A stretch of DNA of 64,000 nucleotides from Synergistales bacterium (GTDB lineage: Bacteria; Synergistota; Synergistia; Synergistales; JAFGMB01), in assembly GCA_963666205.1 (NCBI GenBank), contig OY762654.1, positions 2,848,001 to 2,912,000 of the forward strand, given 5' to 3'. This document shows positions 52,368 to 61,130 of the stretch, one piece after another; position 1 is the first letter of the stretch; every line of letters starts with the position of its first letter. The position numbers were made by a program, and so were the translations under genes. Under the pieces are notes generated by a model. It had not been told where the DNA came from, made no database searches, and was given only the letters and a program-made list of their open reading frames with translations.

Positions 52368-53615
52368 GTGACAAACTTGAGAAGAGTGGTCCTTACAGGT
52401 CTTGGAGTTGTAAGTCCAATAGGAAACGGCAAAGAAAATTACTGGCATGCTTTAAAAAATGGGGTAAATGGAGTTGCACCCATTGCTCAGTTTGACGTAG
52501 AAGGATATCCAGTAACCTTTGGAGCAGAAGTGAAAGATTTCGACCCAACGATGTGGCTCGATAAAAAAGAGGCAAGACGATCCGACAAGGTTATACATTT
52601 TTCTGTAGCTGCTTCTTCAATGGCTGTTGATGACGCAGCCCTGGATGTAGAAAAACTGGATTCTTATAGATTTGGAGTTTACATCGGAACAGGTCAGGGT
52701 GGAATAGAAACGAGTTACAATAATTTCCATACTCTTATGGAAAAAGGTCCTACAAGAGTGAGCCCGTTTTTTATTCCCATGATGATAAGTAATATGTCTG
52801 CAGCATATGTTGCAATAAAACATCAGGCTAAGGGGCCATGTATGTGCATCGTTACTGCCTGTGCTACGGCAACAGATACCATCGGTCAAGCCTATCATAC
52901 CATTGTGAGAGATGATGCTGACGTTATATTGGCTGGTGGTTCAGAGGCGGCCTTAAGATCCATAGGTATTGCCGGTTTCGCTGCTATGAAAGCTCTTTCC
53001 ACCAGGAACGATGAACCTCACAGGGCATCCCGACCCTTTGATAAGGACAGGGATGGTTTTATTATGGGAGAAGGCGCAGGTGTCCTTGTCCTGGAAGAAC
53101 TCGAACATGCACTGGCAAGAGGTGCCCATATCTATGCGGAGATAGTTGGATATGGATGCACCTGTGATGCAAGCCATATAACAGCTCCTGACCCCGGAGG
53201 AGAAGGCGCGGTAAGGGCTATCAGGCAATCCATGATCAAGGCCAATTGGAGGCCTGAAGATGTTGATTTAATTAATGCGCATGGAACATCTACTCCTCTT
53301 AATGACAAGATGGAATCTACTGCTATAAGGACTGTATTCGGAGAACATACAGATTCTTTGCTTATTAATTCCACGAAATCAATGATAGGACATTGTCTCG
53401 GAGCTGCAGGAGCCCTGGAGACTATAGCCGCAATACAGTCGATAGAGGAAAGTTTTGTCCATCCTACCATTAATTATGAAAATCCGGATCCTGATTGCAA
53501 TATTCCAATTGTTGGGCAACATGGTGTAAACCAAGCTGTTTCACGTGTCCTGATTAACAGTTTTGGCTTTGGTGGCCATAATGGAGTACTTGCAATCCAG
53601 AAATATGAGGGATAA
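52368..53615 (+). CDS. fabF: 3-oxoacyl-ACP synthase II
   Basis: RRVVLTGLG, TACAT, RPFDKDRDGF, NAHGTST, KSMIGHCLGAAG, NSFGFGGHN. Confidence 0.97.
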   Translation: MTNLRRVVLTGLGVVSPIGNGKENYWHALKNGVNGVAPIAQFDVEGYPVTFGAEVKDFDPTMWLDKKEARRSDKVIHFSVAASSMAVDDAALDVEKLDSYRFGVYIGTGQGGIETSYNNFHTLMEKGPTRVSPFFIPMMISNMSAAYVAIKHQAKGPCMCIVTACATATDTIGQAYHTIVRDDADVILAGGSEAALRSIGIAGFAAMKALSTRNDEPHRASRPFDKDRDGFIMGEGAGVLVLEELEHALARGAHIYAEIVGYGCTCDASHITAPDPGGEGAVRAIRQSMIKANWRPEDVDLINAHGTSTPLNDKMESTAIRTVFGEHTDSLLINSTKSMIGHCLGAAGALETIAAIQSIEESFVHPTINYENPDPDCNIPIVGQHGVNQAVSRVLINSFGFGGHNGVLAIQKYEG

Positions 53616-53620
53616 TACTC

Positions 53621-54340
53621 TTGCAGCAGAAAAAAATCGTTTGGTGGAATAAAGCCCTTTCACAATTTCAAAATAAAACAGGTTATTTCTTTAAAGATCT
53701 GTATTTGCTTGAACAGGCCCTGACTCACTCTTCCTATGCCCATGAGTCGGGGCTTTCTTCTTGTAATGAAAGGCTCGAGTTCCTGGGAGATTCAGTTCTA
53801 GAGCTTTGTGTTTCCCAGTTTCTTTATGAGTCATATCCTTTATCAGATGAAGGCAATCTTACAAGACTAAGATCTAATCTTGTCTGCAAATCGGCCCTTT
53901 CGAAATGGTCTTTGGAATTGGGGATTCCTGAATTACTGCGCTTGGGTAAAGGTCTTGCTCGAATAAGGAATAAAGATCCAGAGTCAAGAGTGATCAGGTC
54001 TCTAAGCGCGGATTCTCTTGAAGCCTTTCTAGGGGCTCTTTTCCTGGATGGTGGATATCCAGCTGCCTTTCCTTTGATAAAGACATACATTTCTGATAGT
54101 TACAAGATACCTGATTCTGAAGTCTTTATTGATCCAAAATCCAGACTTCAGTTTTTAACCCAGGAAAGAGGTTGGGGAAAGCCTTCATACAGACTTGTAA
54201 ATGTCAGCGGCGAAGATCACATGCCCTATTTCGAGATTCTAGTCAAGGTTGGAGATAATATAATAGGTACAGGAAAAGGACCTTCGAGAAAATCAGCAGA
54301 ATTCAGGGCTGCTTCTGAAGGATTGAAACATCTTTTATAA
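53621..54340 (+). CDS. rnc: Ribonuclease III
   Basis: ALTHSS, NERLEFLGDSVL, ADSLEAFLGA, dsRBD DPKSRLQ...KSAE. Confidence 0.96.
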   Translation: MQQKKIVWWNKALSQFQNKTGYFFKDLYLLEQALTHSSYAHESGLSSCNERLEFLGDSVLELCVSQFLYESYPLSDEGNLTRLRSNLVCKSALSKWSLELGIPELLRLGKGLARIRNKDPESRVIRSLSADSLEAFLGALFLDGGYPAAFPLIKTYISDSYKIPDSEVFIDPKSRLQFLTQERGWGKPSYRLVNVSGEDHMPYFEILVKVGDNIIGTGKGPSRKSAEFRAASEGLKHLL

Positions 54341-54343
54341 ACA

Positions 54344-54381
54344 TGCAACCGGTTGCAACATAATTTGCCAATTGTTATAAT
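54344..54381 (+). promoter_or_regulatory. pyrR promoter with overlapping palindromic operator
   Basis: TTGCAA(54353)-N17-TATAAT(54376) with extended TG; perfect palindrome TGCAACCGGTTGCA at 54344-54357. Confidence 0.75.
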
Positions 54382-54491
54382 CCCCCTGGATTCATAAATT
54401 CGATGGACGTAAAAATATTTCAGATTCTTTGCAATAGTTAATCCGCACATGACCATATACTCGGGATATGATCTGTTTTTCAGGAGGTGAA

Positions 54492-55040
54492 ATGTTGAAC
54501 TTCAACGAAAAAGCTCTTATTATGACTGCTGATGATATGGCCAGAATATTACGCAGGATAGCAATTGAAATAATAGAAAGAAACAGAGGCTTGACTGGTA
54601 TTGTTCTTCTCGGTATCCAACGCAGGGGAGTCCATCTAGCCAACAGATTGAAAAAGATATTTTCTGAAATGGAAAATATCAAAATTCCTACAGGTGAACT
54701 TGATATAACCCTTTATCGGGATGATATTACCATGTTGAGCGAACAACCTGTCGTTCACAGCACATCTATACCTGTTGATATAGCGGGGAGAAAGCTGATT
54801 CTGGTTGATGATGTCATCTATACTGGACGAACTGTCAGAGCGGCTCTGGATGCTTTAATGGATCTTGGAAGACCTGAAAGTGTCCAACTTGTCGCTTTAA
54901 CGGATAGAGGACACAGGGAACTGCCTATTCAACCGGACTACATAGGGAAAAAAATTCCAACTTCAAATGAAGAAATTATTCAGGTTATGGTGCTTGAACT
55001 TGATGGACAAGATAAAGTTCTTATTGTTGAAGGGCAATAG
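54492..55040 (+). CDS. pyrR: Pyrimidine regulatory protein / UPRTase PyrR
   Basis: RIAIEIIERN, GIQRRG, LDITLYRDD, LVDDVIYTGRT, DRGHRELPI; start ATG 54492 or TTG 54495 after AGGAGGTG. Confidence 0.95.
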   Translation: MLNFNEKALIMTADDMARILRRIAIEIIERNRGLTGIVLLGIQRRGVHLANRLKKIFSEMENIKIPTGELDITLYRDDITMLSEQPVVHSTSIPVDIAGRKLILVDDVIYTGRTVRAALDALMDLGRPESVQLVALTDRGHRELPIQPDYIGKKIPTSNEEIIQVMVLELDGQDKVLIVEGQ

Positions 55041-55076
55041 CGGACTTATATCTTATTTTGAAGGGAGAGAAACAAT

Positions 55077-55799
55077 TTGGCTGGAAAAGATTTACCCCTG
55101 ATCCTGGCATTAGATACATCGAATATATCTGAAGCTGAGAATATTCTTGATGAAATAGGCGAAAATCTTAAATTTATCAAAATTGGGCACCGACTTTTTG
55201 CTCAGGGTGGGAGTTCGTTTATTACCTCAACAATAAAAAAAGGTTTTGAAGTCTTTCTTGATCTTAAACTTCATGATATTCCCAATACTGTTAAAATTGC
55301 TCTTGAAGAATATCTGGATCTCGGGATATGGGCAATTACGTTACACACTGCAGGAGGGCAGCAAATGCTCGAATACGCAGTGGAAGTAAAGAAAAAACTT
55401 GGTTCTTGTACCAATATACTTGGAGTTACAGTTCTCACAAGTCATGATGAACAGTCCTGGGAAGGCGTAAATCCTGGATGTGGTATGAATGATGCTTTGA
55501 TAGCAAGATCGAAAGCATGCAAGAATGCAGGCCTTGATGGACTTGTATGTTCCCCGGTCGATCTCCCTGTAATCATGAACTTTGCAGGAGCGGGACTGAT
55601 GAAGGTAGTACCGGGAATCCGTTTGAATGCAGATATGGATGACCAGAAAAGGATAAATTCCCCCATTGATGCTATCAGGGGAGGAGCAGATTACATAGTT
55701 GTAGGAAGACCGATCCTTTCAGCTCCGGACAAAAGGGAAGCGGTCAAGATGATCGCAGATCAGATTCAGGAGGGACTTTTATGGAAAAACAGGCTTTAA
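55077..55799 (+). CDS. pyrF: Orotidine 5'-phosphate decarboxylase
   Basis: LALD, FLDLKLHDIPNT, VTVLTS, PGIR, DQKR, VVGRPI. Confidence 0.96.
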   Translation: MAGKDLPLILALDTSNISEAENILDEIGENLKFIKIGHRLFAQGGSSFITSTIKKGFEVFLDLKLHDIPNTVKIALEEYLDLGIWAITLHTAGGQQMLEYAVEVKKKLGSCTNILGVTVLTSHDEQSWEGVNPGCGMNDALIARSKACKNAGLDGLVCSPVDLPVIMNFAGAGLMKVVPGIRLNADMDDQKRINSPIDAIRGGADYIVVGRPILSAPDKREAVKMIADQIQEGLLWKNRL

Positions 55800-56365
55800 A
55801 CGAAAAGCTGAAGGGCATGATGGTTAAAAGCGGGGCTTTACTGGAGGGTCATTTTCTTCTTTCTTCTGGCCTTCACAGTGGTAATTACCTGCAGTGTGCC
55901 CTTATGCTAAGATTTCCTGAATATGCAGAATTCTGTGGAATAGCCCTTGGGAATAAACTTGCTGATCTAAAGCCTGATTTTATTGTAGCTCCGGCAATGG
56001 GAGGTCTTATTATCGGTCATGAGGTTGCGCGATACCTCAAAATTCCCTTTCTTTTCTGTGAGCGGGAAGAAGGAGAAATGAAGTTGAGAAGATTTCCCTT
56101 TCCGTACGGTAAAAAAGCTGTGGTAATCGAAGACGTTATCACAACAGGCGGTTCAGCTAATGAAGTTGGTATACTGATGGAGGTAAATAAAGTCGAATGG
56201 GTATCCACTGCGTGTATTGTGAACAGAAGCAGTGGGAGAAATGTATTGCCTTCACATCCAGTTTCTCTGATGGATGTTTCATTCCCGACATACCAGCCAT
56301 CAGAATGTCCCTATTGCCAAAAGGGGCTGGACCTGGTCAAACCAGGAAGCAGAAAAAAACCCTGA
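55781..56365 (+). CDS. pyrE: Orotate phosphoribosyltransferase
   Basis: GHFLLSSGLHS, VIEDVITTGGS, C-terminal CPYC...KPGSR. Confidence 0.95.
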   Translation: MEKQALNEKLKGMMVKSGALLEGHFLLSSGLHSGNYLQCALMLRFPEYAEFCGIALGNKLADLKPDFIVAPAMGGLIIGHEVARYLKIPFLFCEREEGEMKLRRFPFPYGKKAVVIEDVITTGGSANEVGILMEVNKVEWVSTACIVNRSSGRNVLPSHPVSLMDVSFPTYQPSECPYCQKGLDLVKPGSRKKP

Positions 56366-56385
56366 TCTTTACGAGGTCCATCCAA

Positions 56386-57348
56386 TTGTCTTTGAAAAAG
56401 GGCTTTATTCTTTTTCTTTCAAGAAAATGCAGGGAAAAAGTGTGCGAAATTATCCTTGGTATACTCTTTCTTTACATGGTTCTTGGAATTAATCCGAACC
56501 CTTGTTATCCTTCCGGGTTGGATATCTGGTGTACATCTCCGTGGATATCATTAATGGCTGATTTTATTGGCGGAATACATATCTCTGTCCATTCGATAGA
56601 GAACTGGGATGAAACTGGAGAAAAGGTCAATCTTCGGATGGTTGCAAATGAAGAGATTCCTCAGGATGCTATGATATTGGCATTAGATCGTGTTCAGGCG
56701 GAAAAACTTGGTATATCCAACGATAATTTCCCGAATCTTAAAACCCTTTATACCCGGATCCCTGTCAGGTCAGAAATGTTACGATCCCTGTATTATGACC
56801 CTTCAACTCTGCCTTTTCTTGCTCAAAGAGTAATGAATGTGCTATCAGGTTATGATCCAGTTCATTATTCCTATTTTCAAAGACGACTTGCTGAATTTCA
56901 AACAAGACTCGACAGTACAGTTCTTGTAGGCAGAAAGCTTCTTATGGGTACCGATGTGATTTCTATCGGGATGGATGTTTCACAGCTTATGGTAGCTGCA
57001 GGTTGTAATATACAACCCTTACCGGCCGATCTTATCCCTCCGCCTCCCCTTGAAAGTAAGGATAAAAAGAAAAATAAACAACAATCAGATGATTTTAATC
57101 AAGCAATGGATAAGCTTATAAGCTATCTTCAGGAAGAGAGGCAAAAGGGTTCTATTACAGTTATGGATCCATGGACGCCACTATATCTGAGGGAAAGACT
57201 TCTGGAAATCAAGACTGTGATAATGTTGCCGCGACCTTCTCTTGAAGCAGAATACATTCTATTTCTTAATGATCATTACCTGGCTTTATGGAATGGACTT
57301 CGCCTTCTGAATAATTCAAATGAGGGAAACGCTCAAAAGATAAGCTGA
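56386..57348 (+). CDS. Exported protein resembling cluster A-I (ZnuA/TroA-like) solute-binding proteins
   Basis: Probable TTG start at 56386 after GAGGT, basic-then-hydrophobic N-terminus, and YYDP...AQRV..VL..YDP.HYSYF..RLAEF..RLD matching the ZnuA backbone-helix region. The family call is tentative. Confidence 0.6.
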   Translation: MSLKKGFILFLSRKCREKVCEIILGILFLYMVLGINPNPCYPSGLDIWCTSPWISLMADFIGGIHISVHSIENWDETGEKVNLRMVANEEIPQDAMILALDRVQAEKLGISNDNFPNLKTLYTRIPVRSEMLRSLYYDPSTLPFLAQRVMNVLSGYDPVHYSYFQRRLAEFQTRLDSTVLVGRKLLMGTDVISIGMDVSQLMVAAGCNIQPLPADLIPPPPLESKDKKKNKQQSDDFNQAMDKLISYLQEERQKGSITVMDPWTPLYLRERLLEIKTVIMLPRPSLEAEYILFLNDHYLALWNGLRLLNNSNEGNAQKIS

Positions 57349-57464
57349 GAGCACAATTTCCATTGTGCAGAATGTTGTATTTCTAGCGGCAACGTATTAA
57401 ATAAATACTGACAATTCTGGACCTTTCATTATTCCGGTGCTGGACGCCATGTTTTAGAGACCTA

Positions 57465-57660
57465 TTATCCATGGAAAAACCAGACTGGGAGAACAGATAT
57501 GCTATCTTTAGCATGCCGGTAACAAATAAATGCTAATGCATAGATACAAAGAACTGTTGTTAGTAGTTCCTTTTTCTGAAATCTTTCAGCAATTTCTTCC
57601 CGATAGAAGGATGGCACCAGTCCGGGAAAAAAGAGAAGATCCCCAGGATAAGCCAGGCAT
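57465..57660 (-). pseudogene. Possible decayed MFS transporter fragment
   Basis: Three frames together give WLILGIFSFF / TGAILLSG / IAERFQKKELLTTVLCIYALAFICY, resembling MFS motif A flanked by TM helices; needs frameshifts, and a stop follows. Confidence 0.35.
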
Positions 57661-57709
57661 TGGCCCTCCGGTTCTGAGTCTGCTGTCTTTTATCATTACC
57701 TGAATACAT

Positions 57710-57739
57710 AAAAAACCCGTTGTCCAAAGACAACGGGTT
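57710..57739 (-). terminator. Intrinsic terminator after selD
   Basis: Minus strand AACCCGTTGTC-TTTG-GACAACGGGTT followed by T-tract. Confidence 0.88.
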
Positions 57740-57782
57740 GCAATTTCTGATAAAGTTAATTAATAGATTGACTTTGACGATA

Positions 57783-58829
57783 TCAGATACTATCAACCAA
57801 CCTTATGAGACCTTTCCCTTTCGTAAAAATTCCTATTTTAGCTGATCGTTCGAATCCCGCCAGAAGGAGTCCTTCGAGGATCTTATGGAATCTATCTTCC
57901 GGTACAGCGAGAAGCAGTCCTCCGGAGGTCTGGGCATCAAAAATCATGTCGACAAGGGTTTCAGGATGGTTTTCCTTGTTAATTACCTTATCCTCGTATT
58001 GTATTCTGTTGTTATATGTTCCTGCAGGAAGAAGTCCCATCTCTGCCAGTTCAACAGCACCAGGGAGAAGCGGTATGTTATTGATATCAATAAGGAGATC
58101 CAATCCCCCCAAAGAAAGCATGTCAAGAGCATGACCTGCTAGTCCGAAGCCAGTGACATCAGTACATGCTGAAACAGCTGAGAGGAGTCTGTCTTCAAGG
58201 AGAACGGGGACATTATTGAGGGTTGACATCCAACGGATCGATTCTTCCGGCCCCCTGGGATCCTCCACCATGTCAGCCTTGATAGCGGTCGATATTACTC
58301 CTGTACCGATGGGTTTTGTAAGTATAAGCACGTCACCCGGTTGTGCGCCTGTTACCTGCCACATATGGTTTCTCTGGACTTCTCCGAAAACTGCAAGACC
58401 GTATTTGGGTTCTTCGTCTTCAACACTATGGCCACCCATAAGAAATCCTCCAGCTTCTGAGACCTTCCTATGTCCTCCCTGAAGGATATTTTCAAGGACG
58501 GAAAGTTCGAGGGTCTTAACTGGAAAAGCCACAATGTTAAGAGCTATCATTGGTTTTCCGCCCATTGCAAAGACATCACTCAAAGCATTCGCAGCGGCTA
58601 TTTCCCCCCATTTTCCTGGATCATCAACTATTGGTGTTACAAAATCAAGGGTTAATATTCCGACACGGTTCTCATCTATCAACCACATGGCGGCATCTTC
58701 TCCGGATGCCCATGAACTGAGAAGCCTTCTATCCACAGGTTTAGGTAAGTGCTGTAAAACCTTTTCCAGGTCCGCCGGACCTATTTTTGCTGCTCAGCCA
58801 CTTGTCTTGGCCATTTCAGTTAAACGCAT
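57783..58829 (-). CDS. selD: Selenide, water dikinase (selenophosphate synthetase), selenoprotein with Sec12
   Basis: ATG 58829 after GGAGG gives MRLTEMAKTSG-TGA-AAKIGPADL in frame with the track ORF (EDAA, ANALSDVFAMGG, GGHS, TDVTGFGLAGH, DAQTSGGLL); 348 aa. Confidence 0.96.
58768..58782 (-). promoter_or_regulatory. Bacterial SECIS-like hairpin in selD
   Basis: AGGTCC-GGC-GGACCT on the mRNA, beginning 11 nt after the UGA at 58796-58794; G in the apical loop. Confidence 0.75.
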
Positions 58830-58898
58830 GGTCAAAGCCTCCAATCCATGTACAAATTATCATAAGGATTATAACAGAAAGTGAAGGTTTAGTATTTG

Positions 58899-59900
58899 TT
58901 AAATATAAGGACGATGGACTATATCAGCTGCAGAAAAAGAGATCATCCTGTCATTGACCAATACTACGATTTCTCCTCCGGATGTTATGTCGACCGCCTT
59001 TCCCCTGAATACATTATGACCTGTGATTATTTCAATATCTTTACCCAGGGTGGAGCAATTCTTCCTGTATTTATCCAATAATCCTTCCGGTCCGTTCTTC
59101 TCTATTTCTGCCATTTCAATGTGAAAATCTGAAGTGATCTTTCCTGCTAGTATTCCCCGGTCGGTTAGATTTCCAGTGATATTGTAAAGTGATGTGGCCT
59201 TTGAGCTTATATCTTCTGGATAAGAAGATATCTCAGAATTAACGTTGATTCCTATTCCTGTAACGGCAAAATGTATCCTGTCCGACTCGATTGAGGCTTC
59301 GGAAAGGATACCACACAATTTCTTTTCGTCATAAAGGATGTCATTAGGCCATTTTAATTGGCAATCAATCCCTGTAATTTCCTTTATGGAAGAGAGAATA
59401 GCCATTCCTGCAGCCAGGTTTATTAATTGAAGCATAGAGGGGTTCATCTGAGGAAAGAAAACGATAGACATGTAGATATTGCTGCCTGGTGGAGAATTCC
59501 ATCGGCGTTCCATCCTTCCTCTCCCCAATGTTTGTTCTTCAGCAAGAACCACAGTTCCATTACTACAGCCTTTCCGGGCAAGTCCTTTGGCCATTATCTG
59601 TGTCGAATCTATACTTTTCAGAACATAGACTTCTTTGCCCCATGGATCTGATGGGTCGGTATTGACTGCTATCCATGTGGGAGAAAGGTCATATTGATTT
59701 GTCGGGACAAGGCTGTAACCCCTATTGGGTATGGAGATAATCTGGAATCCTTCCTCTCTCAGGGATTCTATGGATTTCCAAATTGACTGACGACTTACGT
59801 TTACTTTCTCTGACAGATTTCCGCTGGAAACAAGTTTCTCAGCAGATTCCATAAGATTTTTCAGTATGGCAATCCTGGTGATGTTAGTTTTCAGAATCAC
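58899..59900 (-). CDS. birA: Bifunctional biotin ligase / repressor
   Basis: N-terminal wHTH (VSRQSIWKSI..LREEG), DSTQ, QTLGRGR, LKWPND, KLCGIL, GIGIN. Confidence 0.95.
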   Translation of the reverse strand: MILKTNITRIAILKNLMESAEKLVSSGNLSEKVNVSRQSIWKSIESLREEGFQIISIPNRGYSLVPTNQYDLSPTWIAVNTDPSDPWGKEVYVLKSIDSTQIMAKGLARKGCSNGTVVLAEEQTLGRGRMERRWNSPPGSNIYMSIVFFPQMNPSMLQLINLAAGMAILSSIKEITGIDCQLKWPNDILYDEKKLCGILSEASIESDRIHFAVTGIGINVNSEISSYPEDISSKATSLYNITGNLTDRGILAGKITSDFHIEMAEIEKNGPEGLLDKYRKNCSTLGKDIEIITGHNVFRGKAVDITSGGEIVVLVNDRMISFSAADIVHRPYI

Positions 59901-59997
59901 TTATGGTTACTCCTCTCTGTGATGGCTTACCAACGATGATATAATGAAAAACCTGAAGGAACAATGTTTATGAAATACAACTTGGGAGGTTTATGAA

Positions 59998-61093
59998 ATG
60001 GGTAGCTTTGCAAATAATACTCTTTTGGAAGAACTGCATTCATCGTTGGATGAACTGCAGGACAGTCTTTGACCAGGAAAAGGATAAATCGAAGGTAGAA
60101 AAACTGGAAAAGATGGTTTCGGAGCCAGGATTCTGGAATAAGGAAGAGGCACAGGACATTTCCAGAGAGCTTTCCCTGCTTCAGAATAAAATAGATGACT
60201 GCAATGATATTCTCAATGAGTTCCAGGAATTGGAGATACTTGCAGAAATGCTGGAAGAACAGGAAGATAACGAATTACAACTTGAGTTTGATCAACGGAT
60301 CGGTATATTAATCAAAAGAGTAGAAGAGAAAAAACTGTTCCTCCTTTTAAAAGATGAGCATGATGAAAGAAACGCTATTCTATCTATTCATGCAGGAGCA
60401 GGAGGTCTTGATTCTCAGGACTGGACGGAGATCCTGTATAGGATGTATCTGAGATGGGCCGAAAAAAGGAACTATAAAGTGAAAATACTTGACCTTATCC
60501 AGGATGAAGAAGCTGGGATCAAAAGCGTTACGCTTCTTGTAGAAGGTACAAATGCCCATGGGTTTCTGAAATCTGAAATGGGAGTTCATAGACTTGTAAG
60601 AATATCTCCATTTGATACGGCAAAAAGACGTCATACCAGTTTTGCTTCTGTGGATGTTTCTCCTGAACTTCCTGATGATGTAGAAGTTGATATACGGCCA
60701 GAAGACCTTAGAACTGATACCTTCAGGGCCAGCGGTGCCGGTGGTCAGCATGTTAATATGACCGATTCTGCAGTGAGGATAACCCATCTTCCAACAGGCA
60801 TAGTCGTAAGTTGTCAGAATGAAAGATCTCAGCATATGAATCGTCATATGGCAATGCAGATTCTCCGTTCCAGGCTTTACGAGCGGATCATGCAGGAAAG
60901 ACAGAAGGAACTTGATCATATTCAGGGTGAGAAGAAGGGCATAAGTTGGGGAAGCCAGATAAGATCTTATGTTCTGCATCCCTATACAATGGTTAAAGAT
61001 CATAGAACCGGTATGGAGATCGGGAATGTACAGGGTGTGCTTGATGGAGATATTGACACTTTCATCATGGCATACTTGAGGTGGAAACTCTAG
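59998..61093 (+). CDS. prfB: Peptide chain release factor 2 (programmed +1 frameshift)
   Basis: ATG 59998 (7 nt after GGAGGT) reads 24 codons to CTT-TGA-C (60067-60073); the +1 frame continues with SPF and GGQ motifs; 364 aa in total. Confidence 0.96.
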
Positions 61094-61130
61094 TATGGGG
61101 GATATTCCCCAGTTGCAGAGGTGTAAAATT

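Noticed and set aside
56197-56385. N-terminal 63 codons of the track's 383-aa ORF
   Set aside because: They overlap pyrE by about 170 nt; TTG 56386 has an SD and gives a signal-peptide-like start.
57451-57480. 30-mer GTTTTAGAGACCTATTATCCATGGAAAAAC resembling a CRISPR repeat (GTTTT...AAAC ends)
   Set aside because: Single copy; no second repeat at spacer distance and no cas genes in the window.
57560-57796. 78-aa ORF downstream of selD
   Set aside because: It runs through the selD terminator and has no SD; only its 3' part may overlap the pseudogene remnant.
59993-60070. Track N-terminus MKWVALQ... as the main RF2 start
   Set aside because: SD spacing is only 2 nt; ATG 59998 has optimal spacing and leads to the canonical CTT-TGA-C site. 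Kept only as a speculative minor route.
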